The position numbers and the translations under genes are program-made. The notes below the pieces were generated by a model. That model made no database searches. It saw only the letters and a program-made list of their open reading frames with translations, and had not been told where the DNA came from. A DNA stretch of 64,000 nt, from positions 12,589-76,588 of the forward strand of contig CBFGUI010000003.1 in assembly GCA_965652205.1 (NCBI GenBank), read 5' to 3'. This DNA comes from an uncultured Flavobacteriaceae bacterium. Its GTDB lineage: Bacteria; Bacteroidota; Bacteroidia; Flavobacteriales; Flavobacteriaceae. The stretch's first letter is position 1. Each line of letters begins with the position of its first letter. Shown piece by piece: positions 1 to 10,766 of this stretch.

Positions 1-419
1 GCTCCCAAGAGGGTGGTCCCATCGGTTGTGATCAGGGTCTGCCCCTGGTACTGTAACAGATCCTCAAAGTAATCGGGGGATAGCAGAATATTTTTGGATT
101 TGTTGAGCACAATGTCCTTTCCATCGTAATTTTCCACGACCTTGGGTTTCACATTTTTCCCGGAAAAGTCGGGGGAGGTGTCCATATGGGCGATAAAGCC
201 GATGGTGGGGACCTTTTTGTCCATATTGGACGGCAGGGTGGCCATGATATAGGCGTGTTCGTCAATAGAGACTTCCTGCATTCCGATTTGGTGGAGTTCC
301 ATTACCAGTTTCTTGGCCAGTTTCCATTGGGTTTCGGTGCTTGGGCAGCTTTTGGAATAGGGATCGCTTTGGGTATCGATGGTCACGTAATCCAAAAATC
401 GTGACAATAGTTTTTCCAT
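1..419 (-). CDS. pepT: Peptidase T (tripeptide aminopeptidase), 5' part; runs off the window start
   Basis: Manual minus-strand translation from ATG at 419: [20 protein letters not shown]...[20 protein letters not shown]...[11 protein letters not shown], matching PepT/M20B motifs. Not in the ORF track because the stop lies outside the window. Confidence 0.93.
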   Translation of the reverse strand, partial: MEKLLSRFLDYVTIDTQSDPYSKSCPSTETQWKLAKKLVMELHQIGMQEVSIDEHAYIMATLPSNMDKKVPTIGFIAHMDTSPDFSGKNVKPKVVENYDGKDIVLNKSKNILLSPDYFEDLLQYQGQTLITTDGTTLLG

Positions 420-514
420 GTCGGGTCTTTGGTCAAAAATAATGCATATTCAATCGTCAATTTACAAAACGGACCGTAGAAAAAAGTATCTTTCGATAAT
501 AAAGCCCAATCCCC

Positions 515-934
515 TTGAGAAGGTCAGTGATTTGTCTTGTTTTGTTTTCGGTCCTATGCTGTCGGGCCCAGGTGGATTGTGTGCTTGGGGTGGGCGGACC
601 GGATGGGGAAACCATAGCAGAGGTGTTCCAATTGAACGAAACGCAGAGGGAAAAACTGAAAAATTGGACTGCCGAACTCAGGATCCGAAACGACTATCTC
701 AGGGACAAGGCCGAACGCCTGATCGGGAAGAACCAAGCGAGCCCCCCCGATGAGCTGTTGAAGGTTTCCGTGGCCTATAGGGCCATCTTGGACAGTATGG
801 AACAAAACATTCGGATGATGGACAGGCGCTTGCTGCAAATCTTCAATGACAGGCAATATCGATATTATGTGGAACTTTGCGGTCGGCTCTCCCTGCGTCC
901 CATCCATATAAACAGGTCGGTGGACGAAAGATGA
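515..934 (+). CDS. Secreted helical hypothetical protein (possibly Spy/CpxP-like)
   Basis: 139-aa ORF with an N-terminal hydrophobic signal-like segment and LNETQ / FNDRQ LTxxQ-like motifs; lies between pepT and pyrD. Confidence 0.7.
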   Translation: MRRSVICLVLFSVLCCRAQVDCVLGVGGPDGETIAEVFQLNETQREKLKNWTAELRIRNDYLRDKAERLIGKNQASPPDELLKVSVAYRAILDSMEQNIRMMDRRLLQIFNDRQYRYYVELCGRLSLRPIHINRSVDER

Positions 935-991
935 GCGAATAACAAAGTTCCCGTACAATAGTTTTTATTTTTGTTTTTTTAATCGAGTTTC

Positions 992-2032
992 ATGTACAAG
1001 ACCCTAATCCGCCCGATCCTATTCCTTCTCGATCCGGAAACGGCCCACCGATTTACTTTTTGGTCCCTTGGGATTTTCTCCAAAATTGGGTTGAACCACA
1101 TTTTTCGAAAGGCCTTTGTCCTGGCCGAACCAAGTTTGGAACGGGAGGTTTTTGGCCTGAAGTTCAAGAACCCGGTGGGCTTGGCGGCAGGTTTTGACAA
1201 GGATGCCAAGCGCTATAACGAATTTGCGGATTTTGGATTTGGATTTGTAGAGATTGGTACGGTGACCCCCAAGCCACAGCCCGGAAATCCCAAAAAGCGA
1301 TTGTTCCGGCTGTTGCGGGACAAGGCCATCATAAACCGTATGGGATTTAACAACAAGGGGGTGTTCGAGGCCGCCGAACAATTGAAGAAACGCCATAGGG
1401 TGATCGTTGGGGGAAACATTGGGAAGAACAAGCTCACCTCCAATGCGGATGCAATCAAGGATTATCTGATCTGTTTCGAGGCACTCTTCGAGCATGTGGA
1501 CTATTTTGTGGTGAACGTCAGTTCCCCCAATACCCCCGGGCTTCGTGAGCTTCAGGATAAGGAGCCCTTGTCAAACATCCTGAAGAAACTAAAACAGCAG
1601 AATGTAAAATTGGCCAAAAAATTAGGGAAGGAGGAAAAGCCCATCCTCCTCAAGATCGCACCGGATTTGACCGACGACCAACTCTTGGACATCATTGATA
1701 TTGTCCACCTCACCCAAATTGAAGGCATCATTGCCACCAATACCACCATAGGCAGAAAGGCCCTAAAATCCCAGCTGATCCAAACCGAGGAACAGGGCGG
1801 TCTCAGCGGGGTTCCCCTTGGAAAGCGAAGCACAGAGGTCATTCGGTTCCTGGCCGAGAAAAGCAACAAGGCCTTTCCGATCATCGGAGTGGGGGGAATC
1901 CATTCCCCGGAGGATGCCCTGGAGAAATTGGATGCAGGCGCCTCCCTGGTGCAATTGTACACCGGTTTCATTTATGAGGGTCCGAGCCTGATCAAAAAAA
2001 TAAACAGGGCCATCCTGGAACGAAACCCCTAG
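992..2032 (+). CDS. pyrD: Quinone-dependent dihydroorotate dehydrogenase (class 2)
   Basis: [25 protein letters not shown], catalytic NVSSPNT and GGLSG motifs. Confidence 0.97.
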   Translation: MYKTLIRPILFLLDPETAHRFTFWSLGIFSKIGLNHIFRKAFVLAEPSLEREVFGLKFKNPVGLAAGFDKDAKRYNEFADFGFGFVEIGTVTPKPQPGNPKKRLFRLLRDKAIINRMGFNNKGVFEAAEQLKKRHRVIVGGNIGKNKLTSNADAIKDYLICFEALFEHVDYFVVNVSSPNTPGLRELQDKEPLSNILKKLKQQNVKLAKKLGKEEKPILLKIAPDLTDDQLLDIIDIVHLTQIEGIIATNTTIGRKALKSQLIQTEEQGGLSGVPLGKRSTEVIRFLAEKSNKAFPIIGVGGIHSPEDALEKLDAGASLVQLYTGFIYEGPSLIKKINRAILERNP

Positions 2033-2035
2033 GAT

Positions 2036-2683
2036 ATGGAACTTGCAGTTCAGGTAGGGGCCTCAGTGGAATACCCTATATTGATCGCTTTTGTACTGGC
2101 TTCCCTGGCCTTGGCAATTTCCCCGGGACCGGACAATATCTTTGTGCTCGCCCAAAGCATTTCCACGGGAGGCAGAGCGGGCCTTTCCGTATCCCTTGGC
2201 CTGGTGGTTGGCTGCTTGGTACATACGGCCCTGGTGGCCTTTGGGGTGTCCCAGGTCATCTCTCGCAGTGACACCCTTTTCTTTGGGATAAAACTGCTGG
2301 GGGCCTGCTACCTCCTCTATTTGGCCTATCAGGTGTACCGAAGTGGGGACCACATCCTTCTGGAAGGTAATGGGGGTACTCCCAGATCCTCCTTTCGATT
2401 GTTTCTCAGGGGCTTTATCATGAATCTGCTCAATCCCAAGGTCGCCATTTTCTTTTTGGCCTTCTTCCCCGGTTTTCTCTTCAGCAGGGAACTGGACCCT
2501 GTAATCCAGTTTTTTGTTTTGGGCCTGTTGTTCATGGGTTCGGCCCTGATCGTCTTCGGGGCCATCTCCTTTTTGGCGGGGCCCATTTCCAAATACCTGC
2601 GCAGGAATCCCAAAGCGGGCCTATACCTGAAGTGGGTACAGATAATTGTTTTTGTGGGCATTGCGGCCCATCTGTTGTTATAG
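2036..2683 (+). CDS. LysE/RhtB family translocator
   Basis: SPGPDN N-terminal motif, NLLNPKVAIFF motif, multiple TM segments. Confidence 0.92.
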   Translation: MELAVQVGASVEYPILIAFVLASLALAISPGPDNIFVLAQSISTGGRAGLSVSLGLVVGCLVHTALVAFGVSQVISRSDTLFFGIKLLGACYLLYLAYQVYRSGDHILLEGNGGTPRSSFRLFLRGFIMNLLNPKVAIFFLAFFPGFLFSRELDPVIQFFVLGLLFMGSALIVFGAISFLAGPISKYLRRNPKAGLYLKWVQIIVFVGIAAHLLL

Positions 2684-2712
2684 CACAAATAGTACTAATT
2701 TTACAGGACTTT

Positions 2713-3576
2713 ATGTCTGGGATCAAACTCATAGAATGTCCAAGGGACGCCATGCAGGGGATAAGGGACTTTATTCCCACTGAGCGGAAAATTGCCTATA
2801 TCCAATCCCTTTTGGGCTGTGGTTTCGACACCCTTGATTTCGGAAGCTTTGTCTCCCCCAGGGCCATTCCCCAAATGCGGGATACGGCCGAGGTCCTGGC
2901 CGGCCTGGACCTTTCCAGGACCAAGACCGGGCTCCTGGCCATTGTGGCAAACATCCGGGGGGCGGAGGATGCCTGTGGCCATGGGGCCATTGAATATTTG
3001 GGATATCCCTTTTCCATTTCGGAGAACTTTCAGATGCGGAACACCCACAAGACCATTGCCCAATCCGTGGAGACCCTCAAGGGCATCCTGGAATTGGCCC
3101 ATGAACACGGAAAACAAGTGGTCACCTATATTTCCATGGGATTCGGAAATCCCTATGGAGATCCATGGAATGTGGAGATCGTAGGGGAGTGGACCGAGAA
3201 ATTGGCCGAAATGGGGAGCGGCATATTGTCCCTTTCGGACACCATTGGTTCCTCCACCCCCCAAATCATCGATCATCTGTTTTCAAACCTGATTCCCAAA
3301 TATCCCCATATTGAATTCGGGGCCCACCTGCACACCACCCCCAATAGCTGGAAGGAGAAGGTAGAGGCCGCCCATAAGGCGGGCTGCAGACGTTTTGATG
3401 GGGCCATACAGGGTTTTGGGGGCTGCCCCATGGCAAAGGACGAACTGACCGGGAACATGCCCACAGAAAAGATGCTGTCCTATTTCACCCAACAAAAAAT
3501 AGAGACCGGAGTGAACTGGATGGCCTTTGAGGCCGCATACAACAAGGCCACGGAACTGTTTTCAGTATATCATTGA
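2713..3576 (+). CDS. Hydroxymethylglutaryl-CoA lyase (DRE-TIM metallolyase)
   Basis: ECPRDAMQG, HLH metal motif and GGCP active-site motif. Start moved to ATG 2713 (track ORF begins 2632, same frame). Confidence 0.92.
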   Translation: MSGIKLIECPRDAMQGIRDFIPTERKIAYIQSLLGCGFDTLDFGSFVSPRAIPQMRDTAEVLAGLDLSRTKTGLLAIVANIRGAEDACGHGAIEYLGYPFSISENFQMRNTHKTIAQSVETLKGILELAHEHGKQVVTYISMGFGNPYGDPWNVEIVGEWTEKLAEMGSGILSLSDTIGSSTPQIIDHLFSNLIPKYPHIEFGAHLHTTPNSWKEKVEAAHKAGCRRFDGAIQGFGGCPMAKDELTGNMPTEKMLSYFTQQKIETGVNWMAFEAAYNKATELFSVYH

Positions 3577-3632
3577 TCGCATAGGGGTCACTATGGATTT
3601 GGACATTCTTTTCGGTACAGTGTCGAATTCAA

Positions 3633-3640
3633 TATATTTG
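3633..3640 (+). promoter_or_regulatory. Bacteroidota housekeeping -7 box (TAnnTTTG)
   Basis: TATATTTG 19 bp upstream of the ATG at 3660. Confidence 0.6.
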
Positions 3641-3659
3641 AGTCATAATTTCAATAGAC

Positions 3660-4151
3660 ATGGCATACAATGGACTGTTGGGAACCTTCCCCAGGGAGAT
3701 CCGATTCTTTTTGGCCACCTTCGTTTTGGTACTTTCCGTAGGCTTCATCACGGGACTCCTGTTCATTAGGGAAACCGATTCGACAACCCCCTTGGGGATT
3801 GAGGAAAATTACTTGGGCAACGAACTGGATGAAGAGGCCCAAGTGATGAAGTTCAAAAAGGGCAATAGGGAAATGCTCACCATTGTACATACCCATATTC
3901 TATCGATGTCCATGATTTTCTTTTTGTTGGGGGGATTGGTCTGGATTTCCAATGCCCCAAAAAAATGGAAACTCTTTTTGACCGTGGAACCCTTTCTATC
4001 GGTGCTACTGACCTTTGGGGGAATCTATCTGATGTGGATTGGAATAAATTGGTTCAAATATGTCGTCATTTTTTCAGGGGTGCTGATGACCTTGTCCTTT
4101 GTAGGCGGTGCCGCCCTGGTACTCCGGCAGTGTATTTTTCCACCAAGATAA
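3660..4151 (+). CDS. Conserved multi-TM membrane protein with HTH(His-x-His) motif
   Basis: 163-aa ORF with about 4 hydrophobic helices and VHTHILSMS; has its own -7 box. Confidence 0.8.
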   Translation: MAYNGLLGTFPREIRFFLATFVLVLSVGFITGLLFIRETDSTTPLGIEENYLGNELDEEAQVMKFKKGNREMLTIVHTHILSMSMIFFLLGGLVWISNAPKKWKLFLTVEPFLSVLLTFGGIYLMWIGINWFKYVVIFSGVLMTLSFVGGAALVLRQCIFPPR

Positions 4152-4170
4152 TCGAGTAGGTCCCCCAGTC

Positions 4171-4521
4171 TCAGTTTTCCCAAAAGTCGTAATTGATGTC
4201 CCTGGAACCCAAAAGCGGAAGTTTGTGGGATTTGGGGGAGAGCAGGTTCGATACTTCCTGTACCTCTTCCCGATCTAGAAGAATGATGAAATGATCTTTA
4301 CCCACGGAAAGGGGGATTTTTCGATGGTTCCCCCAATTTTTTAAACAGGATTCCCAATAGGCAACATCCAGTTCATCGATATATTCCTTCAAGGCTTCCA
4401 ACTCCCATTCATAGAGTTCGAAACAGAGGTTGTTGTATACCAATCGAAACAGTTTGCTTCGGTTGCAGAAACTCAATGCCCCGTTTTTGGAACGGCTCAG
4501 GATTTTTTCCGGATTGCACAT
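4171..4521 (-). CDS. Hypothetical protein (DUF6686-like, Bacteroidota)
   Basis: 116-aa ORF starting MCNP..., with GxLSFC and YNNLCFE; resembles DUF6686 proteins from memory. Confidence 0.7.
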   Translation of the reverse strand: MCNPEKILSRSKNGALSFCNRSKLFRLVYNNLCFELYEWELEALKEYIDELDVAYWESCLKNWGNHRKIPLSVGKDHFIILLDREEVQEVSNLLSPKSHKLPLLGSRDINYDFWEN

Positions 4522-4646
4522 AAAAAGCTATTCAAGGATAAATATAGTAATTTAAAATCAATCTAAATAATGATAAATTGGTGTTAAATGGGATTCATGG
4601 GAATATGTAAATGGACGGTATCGGATAATTTCCATGAAATTAATGG

Positions 4647-4654
4647 TATATTTG
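4647..4654 (+). promoter_or_regulatory. Bacteroidota -7 box for guaB
   Basis: TATATTTG 23 bp upstream of the guaB ATG. Confidence 0.65.
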
Positions 4655-4677
4655 CACGCAATTAATCCATAATTGCA

Positions 4678-6150
4678 ATGGAATCTCACTTAAACAAGAT
4701 TGTTGGCGAAGGACTCACATATGATGATGTCCTCCTTGTGCCAGCCTATTCCGAAGTACTTCCCAGGGAAGTCAATATCCAATCAAAATTCTCCAGGAAC
4801 ATCACCATCAACGTCCCGATCGTATCGGCGGCCATGGATACGGTCACCGAATCCAGTATGGCCATTGCCATGGCCCGGGAAGGTGGTATCGGGGTCCTGC
4901 ATAAGAACATGACCATTACGGACCAGGCCCTCAAGGTACGAAGGGTGAAGCGTGCAGAAAGTGGCATGATCCTCGATCCGGTCACCCTGCCCCTGGAGTC
5001 CACCATCGGGGACGCCAAGGCCAGTATGAAGGAACACAGCATCGGGGGCATTCCGATCGTGGATGCCCAAGACAAATTGATCGGCATAGTCACCAATCGG
5101 GACCTGCGTTTTGAAAAGGACGAGAAACGTCCCATATCCGAAGTGATGACCTCCGAGAACCTGATCACCGCCGGAGAGGGAACCTCCCTGGAACAGGCCG
5201 AGGTAATCCTTCAGCAATACAAGATCGAAAAATTGCCCGTGGTCAACGACCGCAATGAGCTCGTTGGCCTGATCACCTTTAGGGACATCACCAAACTGAC
5301 CCAAAAGCCCATTGCGAACAAGGACCAATACGGACGCCTGCGTGTCGCCGCGGCCATCGGGGTCACCTTTGATGCCGTAAAAAGGGCGGAGGCCCTGGTC
5401 GCCGCCGGAGTGGATGCCATCATCATCGATACGGCCCACGGCCACACCCAAGGGGTGGTCAGTATTCTGAAAGAGGTCAAGAAATCCTTTCCAGATCTCG
5501 ATGTGGTGGTGGGGAACATCGCCACAGGGGAAGCGGCCAAGTTTTTGGTGGAAGCCGGTGCGGATGCGGTAAAGGTCGGAATCGGCCCCGGTTCCATCTG
5601 TACCACCCGAGTGGTCGCAGGAGTGGGATTTCCCCAGTTTTCTGCCGTCCTTGAAGTTGCCGCTGCCATTAAGGGAAGCGGGGTCCCCGTTATAGCCGAC
5701 GGAGGGATACGATATACCGGGGACATTCCCAAGGCCCTGGCGGCCGGTGCGGATTCGGTCATGTTGGGTTCCCTCTTGGCCGGCACAAAGGAATCTCCGG
5801 GGGAAACCATCATCTTCGAAGGGCGCAAGTTCAAATCCTATAGGGGAATGGGTTCTGTGGAGGCCATGAAAGAGGGCAGCAAGGACCGATACTTCCAGGA
5901 TGTCGAGGACGATATCAAGAAATTGGTTCCCGAAGGGATCGTCGGCCGGGTGCCCTATAAGGGCGACCTATATGAGAGCATGCACCAGTTCATCGGAGGG
6001 CTCAGGGCCGGGATGGGCTACTGTGGGGCCAAGGATATTGCGGATCTAAAGGAAAAGGGACGCTTTGTCAAGATCACCGCTAGCGGTATCATGGAAAGCC
6101 ATCCCCACGATGTGACCATCACCAAGGAAAGCCCGAACTACAGCAGGTAG
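4678..6150 (+). CDS. guaB: IMP dehydrogenase
   Basis: [19 protein letters not shown] pair, catalytic [23 protein letters not shown]. Confidence 0.98.
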   Translation: MESHLNKIVGEGLTYDDVLLVPAYSEVLPREVNIQSKFSRNITINVPIVSAAMDTVTESSMAIAMAREGGIGVLHKNMTITDQALKVRRVKRAESGMILDPVTLPLESTIGDAKASMKEHSIGGIPIVDAQDKLIGIVTNRDLRFEKDEKRPISEVMTSENLITAGEGTSLEQAEVILQQYKIEKLPVVNDRNELVGLITFRDITKLTQKPIANKDQYGRLRVAAAIGVTFDAVKRAEALVAAGVDAIIIDTAHGHTQGVVSILKEVKKSFPDLDVVVGNIATGEAAKFLVEAGADAVKVGIGPGSICTTRVVAGVGFPQFSAVLEVAAAIKGSGVPVIADGGIRYTGDIPKALAAGADSVMLGSLLAGTKESPGETIIFEGRKFKSYRGMGSVEAMKEGSKDRYFQDVEDDIKKLVPEGIVGRVPYKGDLYESMHQFIGGLRAGMGYCGAKDIADLKEKGRFVKITASGIMESHPHDVTITKESPNYSR

Positions 6151-6192
6151 GGATTCATTGATCGACTTGGATTCAAAGCAAATTTCAGCAAC

Positions 6193-6708
6193 TTAATTGG
6201 AAGCATAACTCTTCCAATCCTTCACCTTATAGATATTGTCCCCAAAATAACGGGCAATGTGTAGAAAGGGACCCACTTTTTGATAGCCGGGTACCGGGGA
6301 AAGCATATTGCGCTGTTCATCCAAAAAGACCACGGTGGGATAGGTCAGTTTGCCCTGCAAAAGGGCCACGGCCAATTCGTGATAGCCGTTGCGTCCCGAA
6401 GGGACAAACTTGAAGGATTTTCCATTGTATACAATGGGGTCCTTGCCTTCCGCATTGAGTTTTACCATATAGAAGTTCTCCTGCATATATTTGGCGACCT
6501 CGGGATTCTGGAAGGTATCCTTGTCCATTTTCTTGCACCAGCCACACCAGTCCGTATAAACGTCCACGAACAACTTCTTGGGATTTTTGTCGGATTCCGA
6601 CAGCTGCACTGCTTCTTCCCAGGACAACCATTGGATTTCCTGGGCTTGGGTCCAAGGTGCGATAAACAGCATCAGCAGCAATGGGATGATCATTGACTTA
6701 GGGCGCAT
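6193..6708 (-). CDS. Exported thioredoxin-family protein (DUF255/DsbD-like)
   Basis: Signal peptide ending AQA, WCGWCKKM CxxC motif, TYPT cis-Pro loop. Confidence 0.9.
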   Translation of the reverse strand: MRPKSMIIPLLLMLFIAPWTQAQEIQWLSWEEAVQLSESDKNPKKLFVDVYTDWCGWCKKMDKDTFQNPEVAKYMQENFYMVKLNAEGKDPIVYNGKSFKFVPSGRNGYHELAVALLQGKLTYPTVVFLDEQRNMLSPVPGYQKVGPFLHIARYFGDNIYKVKDWKSYASN

Positions 6709-6807
6709 AAAATCGGTTTTTGGGGGCTTTGTCCCCCCATGATTACAAAACTAACGAAAATTGTGCCGAAAAAGTATAGGTCCCCAAAGCGGGGTACTCC
6801 ACCAGGT

Positions 6808-8046
6808 CTATTTTACGGTTTCCTTCACCTTGGATTCGAACAGGGATTTGACGTCCACTTGACCCCGAATAATGTCCTCGAAGGTCTCCCGTTCCCGAAT
6901 CAGGTATGATTTCCCATTCATCCACAATACTTCGGCGGGACGGTATCTGGAATTGTAATTGCTGGCCATGGTAAAACAATAGGCCCCGGCATTCCTGAAA
7001 CATAGGATATCCCCTTCGGTGATCTCGTTGATCCTGCGATTGCTGCCAAAGGTATCGGTTTCACAGATATAGCCCACCACCGAGTAATAGCGTTCCCGGC
7101 CCTTGGGGTTGGAGATGTTGACGATTTCATGATTGGACCCGTAGAACATGGGGCGGATCAAATGGTTGAAACCTGAATCCACACTGGCGAAGACCGTGGA
7201 TGTAGTCTGCTTTACCACATTGACCTTGGCCAAGAAATACCCGGCCTCACTGACCAAGAATTTTCCGGGTTCGAAAGCCAGGGTAAGGTCCCGTCCATAT
7301 TCCTTGCAGAATTCATTGAACCTGCTGCTGAGTTTTTTGCCCAGTTCCTCGATATTGGTCTCAATGTCCCCTTCTTTGTAGGGCACTTTAAAACCACTGC
7401 CGAAGTCTATGAACTCCAGATCGCGGAAATTCTTGGCGGTTTCGAACAGGATCTCCGAGGCATAGAGGAACACTTCGATATCCAGGATATCGCTGCCGGT
7501 GTGCATATGGATTCCGTTGATGTTCATATTGGTCAGTTCCACGATCCGCAGCAAATGGGGGATCTGGTGGATGCTGATTCCAAACTTGGAGTCGATATGG
7601 CCCACCGAAATCTGGCTGTTGCCCCCGGCCATCACATGGGGATTGATCCGGATACATACCGGGATGTCGGGATGTTTTCCGCCAAACTGCTCCAAAATGG
7701 AAAGATTGTCTATGTTCACTTGTACCCCAAGGGCCGCGGCCTGCTCGATTTCTTCCAAGGACACCCCGTTGGGGGTAAATATGATGGACTCCGGGTCAAA
7801 ACCTGCCAGAAGCCCCAGTTTCACCTCCTGTATGGACACCGTGTCCAACCCACTGCCCAATTGGTTCATGAGCCTAAGGATATTGATGTTGGAAAGGGCC
7901 TTGGCGGCATAGTTCAGCCTTAGGCTGGGAACCCCTTCGAAGGCCTTGGTCAAGCGTTGGTACTGTGAGTTGATCTTGTCGGCATCATAGACATACAGGG
8001 GGGCACCGTATTGGGTACTTAATTTCAGAAGGTCCTTGGAATCCAT
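6808..8046 (-). CDS. lysA: Diaminopimelate decarboxylase
   Basis: YAAKALSN PLP-lysine motif, SKFG, HTGS, EPGKF, GYICETD. Start placed at ATG 8046 (track 8070, same frame). Confidence 0.96.
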   Translation of the reverse strand: MDSKDLLKLSTQYGAPLYVYDADKINSQYQRLTKAFEGVPSLRLNYAAKALSNINILRLMNQLGSGLDTVSIQEVKLGLLAGFDPESIIFTPNGVSLEEIEQAAALGVQVNIDNLSILEQFGGKHPDIPVCIRINPHVMAGGNSQISVGHIDSKFGISIHQIPHLLRIVELTNMNINGIHMHTGSDILDIEVFLYASEILFETAKNFRDLEFIDFGSGFKVPYKEGDIETNIEELGKKLSSRFNEFCKEYGRDLTLAFEPGKFLVSEAGYFLAKVNVVKQTTSTVFASVDSGFNHLIRPMFYGSNHEIVNISNPKGRERYYSVVGYICETDTFGSNRRINEITEGDILCFRNAGAYCFTMASNYNSRYRPAEVLWMNGKSYLIRERETFEDIIRGQVDVKSLFESKVKETVK

Positions 8047-8212
8047 AGGGTATAGGTATTTGACCGACAAAGCTAAAGTTTGTCCCTGGGTTTCACAAGA
8101 ATAAATTACTTTTTACAATAAATACAACAAAAAGTTATAAATACAACATTGATTGGAAGCCTCCTATTTGTGGTTTTCGGTCCCGGATTGTATTTTTAGG
8201 AAAATTCCATCC

Positions 8213-8851
8213 ATGAAACTGCCCTTGTTTCCGTTGAAATCCGTTTTTTTTCCCGGGGAAACCGTACCCTTGCATATTTTCGAACCCCGGTACAAAGAAT
8301 TGATCGAGGATTGTAGAAGGGAAGCCCTCACCTTTGGGATCCCCGTCTTTTTGGAGGATACCCTTTCCTATGGAACGGAAGTACAGTTGGCCGAGGTGGT
8401 CAACACCTATGAAAACGGGGAAATGGACGTGATCTGCCTGGCCAGGCAGGTATTCCGGATCGTCTCCTTTGTCAATCCCATGGAAGGGAAGGGGTATGCG
8501 GGGGGAGAGGTCGAGTTTTTGGATATGGAAAACCGAGGGGACCCCGCTTTGGTCCAAGTGGTCCTCCAAGGCTTGGAAAAACTCTACGATCTCATGGGCC
8601 TGCCCTTTCCTATGATACCCGCAAATCGATTCAACAGCTATACCCTTGCCCATAAAATGGGACTGTCCTTTGAGCAGGAATTCGAATTGCTCAAAATGCA
8701 CCGGGAAACCGACCGCCTGATATTCATAAAGGAACACTTGGACAGCACGATCAATGTCCTCGACCAGATCGATCGGACCAAGGCCGCAATTGAAATGAAC
8801 GGTCACTTCAAGAATTTTGACCCTTTGGATTTCAAGAATTTGAAGATTTAG
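8213..8851 (+). CDS. Stand-alone Lon protease N-terminal (substrate-binding) domain protein
   Basis: LPLFPL...FFPGETVPLHIFEPRY signature with no ATPase or protease domain. Start at ATG 8213. Confidence 0.9.
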   Translation: MKLPLFPLKSVFFPGETVPLHIFEPRYKELIEDCRREALTFGIPVFLEDTLSYGTEVQLAEVVNTYENGEMDVICLARQVFRIVSFVNPMEGKGYAGGEVEFLDMENRGDPALVQVVLQGLEKLYDLMGLPFPMIPANRFNSYTLAHKMGLSFEQEFELLKMHRETDRLIFIKEHLDSTINVLDQIDRTKAAIEMNGHFKNFDPLDFKNLKI

Positions 8852-8967
8852 CTCCCCGGGGACGAAATTCACATCTTTAGAACCCATAGGGGCAATTATT
8901 CCCCTTGGGCCATCATATTGTCACGGGGGTTTTCTATTTTTGTGGGGAAATTTAATCAATACCATAG

Positions 8968-10161
8968 ATGAACCTTCACGAATATCAAGGAAAAGAAATT
9001 TTGGCCAGTTTTGGCGTTAGGATACAACGGGGCATTGTTGCCCGAAATGCCAAGGAAGCGGTGGATGCCGCCAAACAGCTCACCCAGGAAACCGGAACCG
9101 GTTGGCACGTCATCAAGGCCCAGGTCCATGCCGGGGGACGCGGTAAGGGAGGCGGAGTAAAATTGGCCAAGAACCTGAAGGAAGTGGAAGAACTGGCCGG
9201 GAGCATTATCGGTATGAACCTGATCACTCCCCAAACTTCGGCCAAGGGCAAAAAGGTGCACCAAGTGCTGGTCGCGGAGGATGTGTACTATCCGGGCGAC
9301 AGTGAGACCAACGAATTTTATATGTCCGTACTCCTGAACAGGGGCAACGGCAAGAATATGATCATGTACTCCACGGAAGGGGGCATGGATATAGAGGAGG
9401 TGGCCGAGAAGACCCCCGAGCTGATCTATACCGAGGAAATCGATCCGGGCCTGGGGCTATTGCCCTTTCAGGCAAGGCGAATCGCCTTCAATCTCGGACT
9501 CTCCGGCACTGCCTTCAAAGAGATGGTAAAATTTGTTTCCGCCCTCTACAAGGCCTACGATCAAAGTGATGCCAGCCTATTCGAGATCAACCCGGTTTTG
9601 AAGACCTCCGATGACAAGATCATGGCGGTGGATGCCAAGGTATCCATCGATGACAACGCCCTGTACCGAAGGAAGGCCTATGCAGAAATGCGTGACCTTC
9701 GTGAGGAGAACCCCATAGAGGTGGAGGCCCGGGAAGTGGGCCTTAACTATGTGGATCTCGACGGCAATGTGGGCTGTATGGTGAACGGTGCAGGTCTGGC
9801 CATGGCCACCATGGACCTTATCAAAATGGCAGGGGGGGAACCCGCAAACTTTTTGGATGTGGGGGGAACCGCCGATGCCAAAAGGGTGGAAGAGGCTTTC
9901 AGCATCATCTTGAAGGACCCCAATGTAAAGGCCATCCTGATCAATATATTTGGGGGCATCGTACGCTGTGATCGGGTCGCCCAAGGGGTGGTCGATGCCT
10001 ATAAGAACATGGGGGACGCCATTCAGGTGCCCATTATCGTTCGATTGCAGGGTACCAATGCCGAACTTGCCAAGGAGATCATAGACAATTCCGGCTTGGC
10101 GGTACACTCCGCCGTTCAGTTCCAAGAGGCAGCCGACAAGGTGAAGGAACTCTTGGGTTGA
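8968..10161 (+). CDS. sucC: Succinyl-CoA ligase (ADP-forming) beta subunit
   Basis: MNLHEYQGK, KAQVHAGGRGKGGGV, NGAGLAMAT, NFLDVGG, IFGGIVRCD. Confidence 0.98.
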   Translation: MNLHEYQGKEILASFGVRIQRGIVARNAKEAVDAAKQLTQETGTGWHVIKAQVHAGGRGKGGGVKLAKNLKEVEELAGSIIGMNLITPQTSAKGKKVHQVLVAEDVYYPGDSETNEFYMSVLLNRGNGKNMIMYSTEGGMDIEEVAEKTPELIYTEEIDPGLGLLPFQARRIAFNLGLSGTAFKEMVKFVSALYKAYDQSDASLFEINPVLKTSDDKIMAVDAKVSIDDNALYRRKAYAEMRDLREENPIEVEAREVGLNYVDLDGNVGCMVNGAGLAMATMDLIKMAGGEPANFLDVGGTADAKRVEEAFSIILKDPNVKAILINIFGGIVRCDRVAQGVVDAYKNMGDAIQVPIIVRLQGTNAELAKEIIDNSGLAVHSAVQFQEAADKVKELLG

Positions 10162-10180
10162 TGCCATTTGGATTTATAAA

Positions 10181-10220
10181 GAAAGGGGCGGGGTCCATTG
10201 TGGATTTCTGCCCTTTTTCT
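10181..10220 (+). terminator. Intrinsic terminator after sucC
   Basis: AAAGGGGCGGGGTCCA-TTG-TGGATTTCTGCCCTTTTT imperfect stem (G-U pairs, one bulge) followed by a T-tract. Confidence 0.7.
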
Positions 10221-10289
10221 TTTGGCCCTCGGTGAAGGCGAATTTGAAATGCACTAAAATGCCGGGTTTTGAGTTATCTATGGTAGCAC

Positions 10290-10709
10290 ATGGCCAAAAC
10301 CGGTACTATGGATACCTATGAGGAAAAGTTGAGTATACTTTCACAGATGATCGCCTTTGCACGGGTGGACCATTCCCTAAAGCTATCCGAATACAAGTTT
10401 TTGCTCCAGGTGGCCTCAGGCTTGGGAGTGGATAAGGAAAGCTTCGAACGCCTGCTTCGACAGAGGTCGCCCAAGGTGGTCCTCAAGTCCCCGGCCGATC
10501 GGATCGTGCAGTTCCACCGGCTGATACTTCTTATGAACATCGATGGGGAACAACACGAAAAGGAATTGGATGCTCTTTTCAATGTGGGCCTTAAATTGGG
10601 CCTGCCCCCAGCGGGAATTTCCCAGGTCTTGGAAGTGATGCATCACTATCCGGATAAATTGGTGCCCCCCGAAGTGCTTATAGCCATCTTCAAAGCCCAG
10701 TATAATTAG
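10290..10709 (+). CDS. TerB-like (tellurite-resistance-family) helical protein
   Basis: MIAFARVD...EYKFL...A..LG and second-half MNIDGEQHEKE...G..LGL two-repeat TerB pattern. Confidence 0.75.
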   Translation: MAKTGTMDTYEEKLSILSQMIAFARVDHSLKLSEYKFLLQVASGLGVDKESFERLLRQRSPKVVLKSPADRIVQFHRLILLMNIDGEQHEKELDALFNVGLKLGLPPAGISQVLEVMHHYPDKLVPPEVLIAIFKAQYN

Positions 10710-10766
10710 CGACATAATGTCATTGTTTTTCTTGAACAAGCTGTCATAACGACATGGTTTTGGGCT

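Noticed and set aside
10290-10709. Tellurite-resistance or defence island
   Set aside because: A single TerB-like gene with no other ter genes or mobility signs.
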